DNA from: a virus
Virus record (IMG/VR): IMGVR_UViG_3300007735_000801
Length of the DNA stretch: 64,000 nucleotides
Direction: 5' to 3' (one strand)
Below are positions 9,559 to 18,870 of the stretch, piece by piece; the stretch's first letter is position 1, and each line of letters starts with the position of its first letter. Below the pieces are notes generated by a model, which saw only the letters and a list, made by a program, of their open reading frames with translations, was not told the DNA's origin and made no database searches. A program made the position numbers and the translations under genes.

Positions 9559-10322
9559 AAACCAGAGTAATAAGTAGAATTAAATCATCACGAAGACCTA
9601 CAATACAGAAGCATCTTGAATCCAAAGATGTTTCTTTTTCGTTTTTTGATGCAGCAGATAAATTTAGCATTACAAGAAACGATTTAACCTTTAGTTATAA
9701 ATGGCATAATATTTCTGTTAATACGGATAATAATTACGGAGATTCTTTTAATGGTAGAAAATGGGTAAATATTGGTGAGATCGGTTGTCTATTCAGTCAT
9801 TATTCTTTATGGAAAGAATTGGCAGAAAGCGAATACGATGCTACTTTGATTCTAGAAGATGATGCTAAATTGTTATTCACTGGAGAGCAATTAACAGAAT
9901 TTACAAAAACTCAAAATCTTGATGGAATAGATTTGATATTTTGCCAAAGAAATTCACCAAACTTTGTTACAGGTAAACGAGCATTTGAACACCTAACTAA
10001 TAAAATCGAAATATTGGCTACTACACAAGCATCCTTTTGGGAAATTTGTGAAGGAACTGCTGGTTATATCTTAACTAAAGCAGGAGCCAAGAAATTAATA
10101 GCACCAATCGAACAATTTGGTTTTTTGTTTCCAGCGGATAATCATATTCTTAGGTGTACACAAAAACCACCAATCGGTCTTGCTATTTTTGGAGGAATGA
10201 ATGCATTCCTAACCACGAAAGAACTCCAAATAGAATTAAGTGAATATGCTAAGACAAGCGAAATTCATGATAAAAAAGAAGAAACTATAACCATGGTTGG
10301 TAATATAAAATTTAAAGATTGA
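9546..10322 (+). CDS. Glycosyltransferase family 25 (LgtB/Lex2-like)
   Basis: RR, FFDA.D, GEIGC..SH..LW, LILEDD, GTAGYILT..GAKKL, PAD. Confidence 0.88.
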   Translation: MFTLETRVISRIKSSRRPTIQKHLESKDVSFSFFDAADKFSITRNDLTFSYKWHNISVNTDNNYGDSFNGRKWVNIGEIGCLFSHYSLWKELAESEYDATLILEDDAKLLFTGEQLTEFTKTQNLDGIDLIFCQRNSPNFVTGKRAFEHLTNKIEILATTQASFWEICEGTAGYILTKAGAKKLIAPIEQFGFLFPADNHILRCTQKPPIGLAIFGGMNAFLTTKELQIELSEYAKTSEIHDKKEETITMVGNIKFKD

Positions 10323-10354
10323 ATTGTCGTATAGATAATAAGAGTGAATTTTTT

Positions 10355-11254
10355 ATGAATAAGCAAGTTTTATTATTGGGTGGTAACGGTTATATTGGTA
10401 GTAGATTATACGACCATTTATGTGATTTGAATTATGATGTAACTAATGTAGATCTTTGTTGGTTTGGAAAAATCCACAAGAATACTCACGAAGAGAATTA
10501 TAATAATTTATCTAAAGAATTTATCAATAAATTTTCTCATATTATTTTGTTAGCAGCACATTCTTCTGTTTCCATGTGCAGCCATTCTTTAATTCCTTGC
10601 TTTCAAAATAATGTTGTAAATTTTATTAAACTTATAGAAAAACTTAATGACGATCAGACACTATTGTATAGTAGCACTGCTGCAGTATACGGCAACAATA
10701 ATAACTTAGTTGACGAGACGTATCCATTAGCCAGTGGTATAAATTATTACGACTATACCAAAATTTGTAATGAAAATATTATAAACCTATACCCAAACAA
10801 GAATGTAATTGGGCTACGGTTTGGTTCTCTTGGTGGATTTTCTAAAAACTTCAGAGGAGAAAATCTATTAAATTCATTATCATTATCTTCGCTTAGAACC
10901 AAAAAGATCACTGTTTCTAATCCTGATAAATTTAGGTCAGTTCTTGGCATGAATGATTTGTGCAGGGTATTTTCTAATATCTTGAATAGCGACAATATCA
11001 AAAACAAAGTATACAATATCACATCAATCAATTCAAAGATTATCCAATTTGCAGAAACAATTCAGAATTTGAGTAAATGTGAGTTAGTCGTGAATGATTC
11101 TTTTCCAACAAATTATAGTTTTAATTGTGATAATTCTTTATTTGAAAAGGATTATAACTTTAAATTTCAAGACACTGTAGAAACCATTTACAACGACATA
11201 ATAAATAATGCTGATAATATAATCAGTAATGTCAAAAGAGAAAGCAGAGAATAA
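10355..11254 (+). CDS. NAD-dependent nucleotide-sugar epimerase/dehydratase (extended SDR)
   Basis: GGNGYIG Rossmann motif, SSTAAVYG, YxxxK (YDYTK), LRF. Confidence 0.88.
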   Translation: MNKQVLLLGGNGYIGSRLYDHLCDLNYDVTNVDLCWFGKIHKNTHEENYNNLSKEFINKFSHIILLAAHSSVSMCSHSLIPCFQNNVVNFIKLIEKLNDDQTLLYSSTAAVYGNNNNLVDETYPLASGINYYDYTKICNENIINLYPNKNVIGLRFGSLGGFSKNFRGENLLNSLSLSSLRTKKITVSNPDKFRSVLGMNDLCRVFSNILNSDNIKNKVYNITSINSKIIQFAETIQNLSKCELVVNDSFPTNYSFNCDNSLFEKDYNFKFQDTVETIYNDIINNADNIISNVKRESRE

Positions 11255-11255
11255 A

Positions 11256-12479
11256 ATGTTAAAAAGTGATTGCAGAAGTTGTGGTAATATTAATCTAAAA
11301 TCTATAGTTTCTTTAGGTCTTTCCCCTTTAGCAAACAATCTATTAAACGATATTAATGATACTGATAATCTATATCCATTGGATGTAGTGTATTGCGATA
11401 AGTGTCATAATTCTCAGCTTTCGTATGTGATTCCTCCAGAACAACTATTTGATACTTATTTGTATGTGTCTTCTACAACCAAGACATTTAGGGATCATTT
11501 TAGAAATGCAGCAGAAACGTATATTAAAGAATTTAATCTGAATTCAGATTCAGTTGTTGTTGATATTGGCAGCAATGATGGTGTTGGATTGGTCGGATTT
11601 AAAGAAGCAAATGTAAAGGTAGTTGGAGTAGACCCTGCAGTAAATCTTGCCAAACTTGCCAACGATAATGGTATTGAAACCATCAATTCTTATTTTGATA
11701 CAGATACTGCTGAAAAAATTATTAACAAGTTTGGGAAGGTAGATCTAGTTACCGCATCTAATGTTTTTGCACATTCAGATGTAGTTAAAGAGATTACCAG
11801 AAATGTATTCAGTATGCTCAAGGACGATGGTTGCTTTATCATTGAAGTTCAGTATCTATTGGACACTATTAAAGATGTTACTTTTGATAACATATACCAC
11901 GAACATGTTAGTTATTGGTCGGTAACTTCTCTCAGTAATTTCTTTAATAGTTTTGGTTATTCTGTTGTAAAGGCACAACACATCGACACCCATGGTGGAT
12001 CTATTAGAGTATACGTAAAACGACAAAATTCAAACGTAGATGCTAGCGTTGATAAGTTCTTAACGGAAGAAAAGAATTTTGGTATACTGAATGGTGAAGT
12101 ATATAATCAATTCTTTGAAAATATTAAAACTATAAAGAAAAATATCAATATCAATCTTCATGCGTTAAAGGAAAAGGGATTAAAGATTATTGGTTACGGA
12201 TCTCCAGCAAAGGCAACAACAGCATTAAACTATTTTGGAGTTGGCACAAACTATATTGATTATATTGTTGAAGACAATAAACTAAAGCATAATAAAATTT
12301 TGCCTGGTGTAAAGATTCCTATTTTTCCAAAAGATAAAATAAAGGAAGATAAACCAGATGTTATTGTGATTATGGCTTGGAATTTTGCAGAAGAAATCAA
12401 ACGAAACAACAAAGAGTTGATTGATTCTGGAATTAGATTCATTAGTATCAAAGATCTTCAGAGCGAGAATTTCCAATAA
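11256..12479 (+). CDS. NDP-sugar C-methyltransferase (TylC3/NovU/TcaB9-like, Zn- and SAM-binding)
   Basis: CRSCG…LG..PLAN…YPL…C..C..QL, DIGSNDG, NVFAH, FDNIYHEH, HGGSIR, GYGSPAK, AWNF. Confidence 0.9.
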   Translation: MLKSDCRSCGNINLKSIVSLGLSPLANNLLNDINDTDNLYPLDVVYCDKCHNSQLSYVIPPEQLFDTYLYVSSTTKTFRDHFRNAAETYIKEFNLNSDSVVVDIGSNDGVGLVGFKEANVKVVGVDPAVNLAKLANDNGIETINSYFDTDTAEKIINKFGKVDLVTASNVFAHSDVVKEITRNVFSMLKDDGCFIIEVQYLLDTIKDVTFDNIYHEHVSYWSVTSLSNFFNSFGYSVVKAQHIDTHGGSIRVYVKRQNSNVDASVDKFLTEEKNFGILNGEVYNQFFENIKTIKKNININLHALKEKGLKIIGYGSPAKATTALNYFGVGTNYIDYIVEDNKLKHNKILPGVKIPIFPKDKIKEDKPDVIVIMAWNFAEEIKRNNKELIDSGIRFISIKDLQSENFQ

Positions 12480-13163
12480 ATGAAAATCTCTATTGCGGTT
12501 CCAACATACGAATGCCACGGAATGGGTTGGTTATTCATTTCAGAATTATTGAATAGTATCAAGAAACAAGATTATTCAGATTACGAAGTAGTAATAAGTG
12601 ATCAGAGTACTGATGATATAACCAAGAATTTAGTAGAAATGTATTCAAAACACATGAATATACTATACGTAGATTCTACACATTTAACCAGAAAAATAGG
12701 ATCTAATCTTAATAATGCAATCAAGCATTGTACTGGCGATCTAATAAAACCAATGTGTGCTGATGATTTTTTTATAGACAATAATGCTCTTACCAAGATT
12801 GTAAAAAAGTTCTATGAAAATACAGACAAGACTTGGTTGGTTAGTGGATGTGTTCATTGCCAATCAATTCATTTTCTTTATCAAAAAATGATACCTTATT
12901 ATCAACATAAAATTCATCATGGGGCTAATACTATTAGTTCACCAAGCGTATTAACGATGAAAACTAAAGAATATTTTGATGAAAAATTATCACTATTAAT
13001 TGATTGTGAAATGTACAAGAGGTTATACACAAAATATAATCTTCCAATGATCATCGAGGAACCTTTAATTTGTAATCGTATGCACGATAAACAAATGCAA
13101 AACAAAGATTCAGATCTTTTACAACCAGAAAAAGCATACTGTATTGGTATTTACGGAGAATAA
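12480..13163 (+). CDS. Glycosyltransferase family 2
   Basis: ISIAVPTY, VVISDQSTDD, N.N.AI, ADD, SPS, DCE. Confidence 0.85.
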   Translation: MKISIAVPTYECHGMGWLFISELLNSIKKQDYSDYEVVISDQSTDDITKNLVEMYSKHMNILYVDSTHLTRKIGSNLNNAIKHCTGDLIKPMCADDFFIDNNALTKIVKKFYENTDKTWLVSGCVHCQSIHFLYQKMIPYYQHKIHHGANTISSPSVLTMKTKEYFDEKLSLLIDCEMYKRLYTKYNLPMIIEEPLICNRMHDKQMQNKDSDLLQPEKAYCIGIYGE

Positions 13164-13164
13164 T

Positions 13165-13989
13165 ATGAGTAGAGTATGCGTATTAGTTGTGAGTCATAAT
13201 TATCCAGAATTAACCGATTCTTTATGTGAATCCATTATTCAACGAACCAAAGGTGTTGATTATGATCTGCACGTAATTGAGACTGGTTCACAGATAAACA
13301 ATTGTTCCAAGTATGCTACATTGTGGGTATCTGACGGTTGCAGAATGACCAGAGGTTTTAATTTATTAAAATCGTATGCAGACTCTGTTCTTAAATATAA
13401 AACTGGTGAAAAGTATGATGCCTATATGTTGTTTGTGAATGATGCTAAATTCATAGACGATAAAGATCTAGTAACTATACTATACAACGAAATGGCATCT
13501 TTGCCTGATTGTGGTCAAATTAGTCCATACCAATCTAACATCTATGCACCACATAAACGATTAGGTAAAATGACAGATTCAGAAACAAGAAAAGAAAGTT
13601 TTTCAGAAATTATCTGTCCCATGATTTCCGCAAAGGCATGGGATGCTTGTGGAGATAATTTTTTAGATAACATATTCTTTTATGGATGGGGTCTTGATTA
13701 TGATATGCCATACCAATTACACAATGCTGGATACAGGACATATATAACAGATAAGATTGGCATTTTTCATGATCCGTTTACATCATACAAGAACAAAGAA
13801 AAAACAAAGCAAACTATGGACGGCAGTCAGTTTATTCAATTAGCAAGAGTGAATATGCACGAAGGATTTAATAAAAAATATGGAGCAGGTTGGATGCAGC
13901 AATTGATGAATGCGATTCCTGCAGATGTTTCTAAAGAAGCCTTATATCTTTGGTTGTCTATGAATGATGGATTTAGAGGTACTCTGTGA
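13165..13989 (+). CDS. GT2-like glycosyltransferase
   Basis: VLVVSHN, VIETGS, VNDA, GWGLDYD. Confidence 0.7.
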   Translation: MSRVCVLVVSHNYPELTDSLCESIIQRTKGVDYDLHVIETGSQINNCSKYATLWVSDGCRMTRGFNLLKSYADSVLKYKTGEKYDAYMLFVNDAKFIDDKDLVTILYNEMASLPDCGQISPYQSNIYAPHKRLGKMTDSETRKESFSEIICPMISAKAWDACGDNFLDNIFFYGWGLDYDMPYQLHNAGYRTYITDKIGIFHDPFTSYKNKEKTKQTMDGSQFIQLARVNMHEGFNKKYGAGWMQQLMNAIPADVSKEALYLWLSMNDGFRGTL

Positions 13990-14597
13990 TTAATACTATA
14001 TTATTTGATCTTGATGGAGTATTGGTAGATGCATGTGATTGGCATTATCATTCCTTAAATCATGCTCTTTCTTCGTTTGGGCATTCCCCAATCAATAAAG
14101 AAGACCACATGTCCACATATAACGGTCTTCCTACTCATGTAAAATTAGGTATGCTTGGTATTGCAGAAGATCAGGCAAAGAAAATTAATGCGGCAAAACA
14201 AGACTTTACCTTGGATGTGATTAGGAAAACTGCAAAAATAATGTCAGAGAAAATAGAATTACACAAATATTTAAAATCTAATAATATTCGAATTGGCTGT
14301 GTTACTAATTCTATTCGCAAAACTGCAGAAGAGATGTTATCCAAAACAGGTCAATTAGAATTTATGGACATACTCATAACAAATGAAGATGTATCAAGAA
14401 ATAAGCCTTACCCAGATTGTTATAATTTAGCAATAGATAAATTAGATGCAATTGGTTCTGAGGTATTATGTGTCGAAGATTCTGAAAAAGGAATCAAAGC
14501 TGCCAAAGCTTCCGCAGCTAAACATTTACTAATCGTTGAAGACTCTAGCAAAGTCAATCTACATACACTAGTTACTTTTTTAAAGGATTCAATATAA
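13986..14597 (+). CDS. HAD-superfamily phosphatase / phosphomutase
   Basis: FDLDGVLVD motif I, VTNS, KPYPD, VEDS..GI.AA. Confidence 0.9.
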   Translation: MINTILFDLDGVLVDACDWHYHSLNHALSSFGHSPINKEDHMSTYNGLPTHVKLGMLGIAEDQAKKINAAKQDFTLDVIRKTAKIMSEKIELHKYLKSNNIRIGCVTNSIRKTAEEMLSKTGQLEFMDILITNEDVSRNKPYPDCYNLAIDKLDAIGSEVLCVEDSEKGIKAAKASAAKHLLIVEDSSKVNLHTLVTFLKDSI

Positions 14598-15157
14598 TGC
14601 AAAACCTAGATTCGTATATTTCACATTTAAATTTTAAAGCACAGATTGGACAGGACAAAATCGTATTAGACATTTTGGGTCCAAAATACAATGGCACCTT
14701 TGTTGATATTGGTTGTTCTGAACCACTAAGCATAAGTAATACTTTTCTTTTTGAAGCAACATTCAATTGGACTGGTATTGGAGTTGATATTCAAGATTAT
14801 GTGGGAGATGGAGGAGAAACTTGGAAATCTCACAGACCACAAACCAAGCATGTCTTGGCTGATGCTTTGGCTATTGATTATGCCAAGTTGTTCGAAGAAA
14901 ATAATATGCCAGAAACTATTGATTATTTGTCTTTAGATTTGGAACCGCCTGATTTGACTCTGGAATGCTTGATGAAGATTCCTTTCGATAAGTATAAATT
15001 CAATGTTATAACATTTGAAACTGATGAGTATCGAGAGGGTGGTCAACGAAGAGTTGATGTAAGTAGATCTCATATGGAAAAATATGATTATAAATTGCTT
15101 GGTTGCGTAAATCGCCAAGATGATGTTTACGTACATAATAGTTTTAAAAAGGCTTAA
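14597..15157 (+). CDS. FkbM-family SAM methyltransferase
   Basis: QIGQD, GTFVDIG…SNT..FE..F.W.GI.VD, IDYLSLD.E, F..ITFE. Confidence 0.82.
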   Translation: MQNLDSYISHLNFKAQIGQDKIVLDILGPKYNGTFVDIGCSEPLSISNTFLFEATFNWTGIGVDIQDYVGDGGETWKSHRPQTKHVLADALAIDYAKLFEENNMPETIDYLSLDLEPPDLTLECLMKIPFDKYKFNVITFETDEYREGGQRRVDVSRSHMEKYDYKLLGCVNRQDDVYVHNSFKKA

Positions 15158-15158
15158 A

Positions 15159-15872
15159 ATGAAAATATTGATTCCCATGGCTGGGGAAGGAAGCAGATTT
15201 GCCAAAGAGGGCTACACTTTTCCTAAGCCTTTAATTGATGTTGACGGCAAACCGATGATTCAGGTTGTTGTGGAAAATTTAGATTTTGATGCCACATATA
15301 TTTTCTTGGTTCGTAAAGAACATTTAGAAAAATATAGTGGTCTCAGAACTACATTAGACCGAATCACTAACGGCAAATTTCAGATTGTGGAAGTAGATGG
15401 TTTAACTGAAGGTGCAGCCTGTACTGCACTATTAGCTAAACATTTAATAAACGACGACGAAGAATTGTTAATTGCTAATTCTGATCAGGTATTAGAATAT
15501 TCTATAGAGAATTTTAAATTACTAAAATCATTAACCCCAGCCGAAGGTATCGTATTTACATTTAATGCCGTTCATCCTAAATGGTCTTTTGTTAGAGTTA
15601 ATTCTCGTGGTATTATTACGGAACTACAAGAAAAGAATCCAATCTCAAATATTGCAACTTGCGGTATTTATTGGTATAAAAAGGGATCAGAGTTTGTTAA
15701 ATATGCAGAACAAATGATCGATAAAAATATTAGAGTAAACAATGAGTTTTATATTGCTCCTGTATACAATGAATATGTTGCTGATAGGAAAATGCTTATT
15801 CCCTTTTATGTAGACAAGATGCACGGAATTGGTACTCCCGAAGACCTTAATACCTACCTTAAACAAAAATGA
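15159..15872 (+). CDS. Sugar-phosphate nucleotidyltransferase (NTP_transferase)
   Basis: ILIPMAGEGSRF, PKPLI, TEGAACT, NSDQ, EK, GIY, NEFY.AP.YN, GTPEDL. Confidence 0.9.
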   Translation: MKILIPMAGEGSRFAKEGYTFPKPLIDVDGKPMIQVVVENLDFDATYIFLVRKEHLEKYSGLRTTLDRITNGKFQIVEVDGLTEGAACTALLAKHLINDDEELLIANSDQVLEYSIENFKLLKSLTPAEGIVFTFNAVHPKWSFVRVNSRGIITELQEKNPISNIATCGIYWYKKGSEFVKYAEQMIDKNIRVNNEFYIAPVYNEYVADRKMLIPFYVDKMHGIGTPEDLNTYLKQK

Positions 15873-16180
15873 ATATTAAAGATTTTACTAAAGGTTGGTT
15901 GGTTGGTGATTTTTCTCCATGTTTATTTAATAATAAAGATATAGAGATTGGTGTTAAGTATTATAAAAAGGGTGATAAAGATGAAAATCATTATCATAAA
16001 ATAGCCACAGAATATACCGTTGTAATTTCTGGAGAAGTAAAAATGCAAAATAAAACATTTTCTTCTGGAGATATTATAATAATTGAACCAAATTTAGAGA
16101 ATCAATTTGACTGTTTGGAAGATGCGTGTATACTTGTTATTAAGACACCATCTGTAGTCGGAGATAAATATATTAACTGA
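15869..16180 (+). CDS. Cupin-fold protein (possible sugar isomerase)
   Basis: GWLVGDF.P, H.H…E…ISG, VIKTPS..GDKY. Confidence 0.75.
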   Translation: MNIKDFTKGWLVGDFSPCLFNNKDIEIGVKYYKKGDKDENHYHKIATEYTVVISGEVKMQNKTFSSGDIIIIEPNLENQFDCLEDACILVIKTPSVVGDKYIN

Positions 16181-16191
16181 GAGAATTTTTT

Positions 16192-16950
16192 ATGATGCCA
16201 AAAACTGGAATTGCACTTTTAAATTATAATTTACCAAATGAGACTGATTTTGTTTATGAAAATTTAGTAAAGAATTTAACTAAAACTAATTACGAAATTT
16301 GTGTGGTAGATAATGCTTCAGACAAAGCTCCTCCCTCTAAGTATACAACAATCAAAAGTATTGTCAATACCAGAACAATGGGAGCCATATTGCTTGGAGC
16401 ACATTATTTTAATCGAAAACCTGACGTAAAGTATGTTTTCTATATGCACAACGATATGACATTCCGAGAATCGCCAGACATTTTATATGACATGGTGATG
16501 CATATGGAAGCAAATCCTCAAATTGCAGTAATCCACCCAGCACTAAATCAAGACGCAACTCCTGTATACATTGGTGATCGATTTACTGTATATAATCCAA
16601 ATAATAAAGAATTATTCAGAAGAGTAATGCCTAATCATGCTAATGTGATTAATATGGACGACACATCCCCTATTCTTGTTCGTAAAGATGATTGGAATAG
16701 TGTTGGTGGTCAAGATCCAAGATTAACTCGTTGTTATGGTGCTGGTAAAGATTTTTATACTAATCTGCATCGTCTAGGAAAAGAAATTTACATGTATGAT
16801 GGTGTAGTTATAGATCATCACGGTCAATACACATACAAAAAGCAAATGGGAGACGAAACTTATAATAACCTAGACCGAGAAGCTTACTTAGAAATGAATC
16901 CTGTTATGAGTGAAAAATATGGAAATAATTGGAAAGAAGTATTTCGATGA
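16192..16950 (+). CDS. GT2-like glycosyltransferase
   Basis: LLNYN, VVDNAS, HND, GG.D; resembles the 13165 gene. Confidence 0.7.
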   Translation: MMPKTGIALLNYNLPNETDFVYENLVKNLTKTNYEICVVDNASDKAPPSKYTTIKSIVNTRTMGAILLGAHYFNRKPDVKYVFYMHNDMTFRESPDILYDMVMHMEANPQIAVIHPALNQDATPVYIGDRFTVYNPNNKELFRRVMPNHANVINMDDTSPILVRKDDWNSVGGQDPRLTRCYGAGKDFYTNLHRLGKEIYMYDGVVIDHHGQYTYKKQMGDETYNNLDREAYLEMNPVMSEKYGNNWKEVFR

Positions 16951-17726
16951 ATGATTTAACTATAGTTGTTCCTTTAGGGATTTCCACTCCAGGAACTCCC
17001 GTTATTCAATTTTTGCAATGGTGTATAGAATCTCTTCAAAAGCAAGAAACCAGCCGCAAGTATGAGATCGTGTTTGCCTGTGATGATAATGTATCCCAAG
17101 AAGTTAAAGATTTATTAAATTCTACTGGCTGTTCTATTAGTTGGCATGATCCGTATTCATTTTTCCGAAAAGGTTCTATATGGAAAAAGATCATTACTGA
17201 ATGGCAGAAGGTAGATTCAAAATTTGTTTCATTTTGCCACTATGATGATCTTTGGTCTTCAAACAAAGTAGACAGTCAATTAAATATGATGAATATGGAA
17301 GGATTAGATTTAAGTTGGAGTAATGTTCAGGTTGTGGATGAAAATAATAAAATTCTTACTATTACAAATAGTAGAGGATTTTTAAATGAAACCACAATAA
17401 GAAAAGGACCATCGTATGCGTTTTCTCATTCCACTATTGTTTCTAAAGACAAGTTTTTAGAAAGTGGTATTATGGAATATCTGGATCGGTCTGCTCCAAT
17501 ATATGAAGGTTTGCATTATTTGTTTTGTCATAAATTAAAGGGTAATAGAGATCATAATTCTACATTCTATCACAGAGTCCACGGCTCTTCTGTGTCAAAC
17601 AATCTTCATACCGAAACACCTGAAATATCTAAAATTAGAGAAATTGCAGAGTATTCTTTGGATGAAGTTTTTCAGGACGAAAAGTCAATAAACATAGACG
17701 AGATTATTAGACAAATATATCCATGA
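16947..17726 (+). CDS. GT2-like glycosyltransferase
   Basis: LTIVVP, CIESL.KQ, DDLW..NK…Q, HRVH..SVS. Confidence 0.75.
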   Translation: MNDLTIVVPLGISTPGTPVIQFLQWCIESLQKQETSRKYEIVFACDDNVSQEVKDLLNSTGCSISWHDPYSFFRKGSIWKKIITEWQKVDSKFVSFCHYDDLWSSNKVDSQLNMMNMEGLDLSWSNVQVVDENNKILTITNSRGFLNETTIRKGPSYAFSHSTIVSKDKFLESGIMEYLDRSAPIYEGLHYLFCHKLKGNRDHNSTFYHRVHGSSVSNNLHTETPEISKIREIAEYSLDEVFQDEKSINIDEIIRQIYP

Positions 17727-18409
17727 AATGGTCTTTCGTTATATCGTATTTGGATGGAATCTATCTGGAACAGATTATTAATTCTATTAGGAATCAAAAT
17801 AATCTAACCAAGGATAAGTTTGAAATAATATTAATTGGACCAGATAACGAAGCTCTACATAAAGTTAAACCACTAATTAATAATAATATTATATTCAACG
17901 AAACATTAGTTCCTGGTTGGATTACTATGAAGAAAAATCTAGCAGTTCAGAATGCAAATTTTGAAAATGTTTGTATTATGCATGACTATGTTGGGTTGTG
18001 TGAGAACTGGTATAATGGTTATTTAAATTTTGAAAATGATTGGGATGTTTGCTCGAATCCTATTCGTACATCAAAAGGCTCTCGGTATTGGGATTGGATT
18101 ACTCTGAAGAGACCAATAGAATTTATTTCATATGATGACTTGTCGCAAACCAAAACTAACATGTATGTTGGCGGAACCTATTGGTGTGCTAAAAGAAAAT
18201 TTATGTTAGAAAACCCGTTAGATGTTCGACGAGTCTGGGGACAAGGAGAAGATGTTGAGTGGGCTATGCGTTGTAAAGATAAGTGGAATTATACATTTAA
18301 TCCATTTTCTGTGGTACGACTATTGAGGGATAAAGAAATAACAATTCCAGATCCAGCATCAGACCCAAATCCATCTAGAGTTTACAGCACTATGAGAATT
18401 CAAAAATAA
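17723..18409 (+). CDS. GT2-like glycosyltransferase
   Basis: II.SI..Q, GWIT.KKN, HDY, WGQGEDVEW. Confidence 0.75.
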   Translation: MKWSFVISYLDGIYLEQIINSIRNQNNLTKDKFEIILIGPDNEALHKVKPLINNNIIFNETLVPGWITMKKNLAVQNANFENVCIMHDYVGLCENWYNGYLNFENDWDVCSNPIRTSKGSRYWDWITLKRPIEFISYDDLSQTKTNMYVGGTYWCAKRKFMLENPLDVRRVWGQGEDVEWAMRCKDKWNYTFNPFSVVRLLRDKEITIPDPASDPNPSRVYSTMRIQK

Positions 18410-18834
18410 TGATTAAGATTATATCACATCGAGGCAATTTGTTGGGAAAGACTCCAGACGAAAATAAACCAGCATATATTGACACCGCAATATCAGAAGG
18501 ATTTGATGTTGAAGTAGATGTATGGCTGGTAGACCACAAATGGTATTTGGGTCATGATGAACCTCAATACGAAACCGATATAAAATTTTTATCAAATTAC
18601 AGATTATGGTGTCACGCAAAAAACACAGAAGCCCTAGATGTTCTGTTGAAAAATGATGTTCATTGTTTCTGGCACGAAACAGATAAATTTACCATTACCA
18701 GTAAAGGAGTTCCTTGGGGATATCCTGGAAATTATATGGAATACGGAATTACTGTTGAATTGGGTTCTAAAATTAAAATACCAAACGTATTTGGTGTATG
18801 CACAGATTATCCGTTAGATTGGATTAAAAAATAA
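18409..18834 (+). CDS. Truncated GDPD/PLC-like phosphodiesterase
   Basis: ISHRGN, EN, DVEVDV, LGHD.P, W.HAKN, FWH..D, GVCTD. Confidence 0.75.
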   Translation: MIKIISHRGNLLGKTPDENKPAYIDTAISEGFDVEVDVWLVDHKWYLGHDEPQYETDIKFLSNYRLWCHAKNTEALDVLLKNDVHCFWHETDKFTITSKGVPWGYPGNYMEYGITVELGSKIKIPNVFGVCTDYPLDWIKK

Positions 18835-18870
18835 TGAAATGTCACATATATAACCATGGAGATTTAAATT

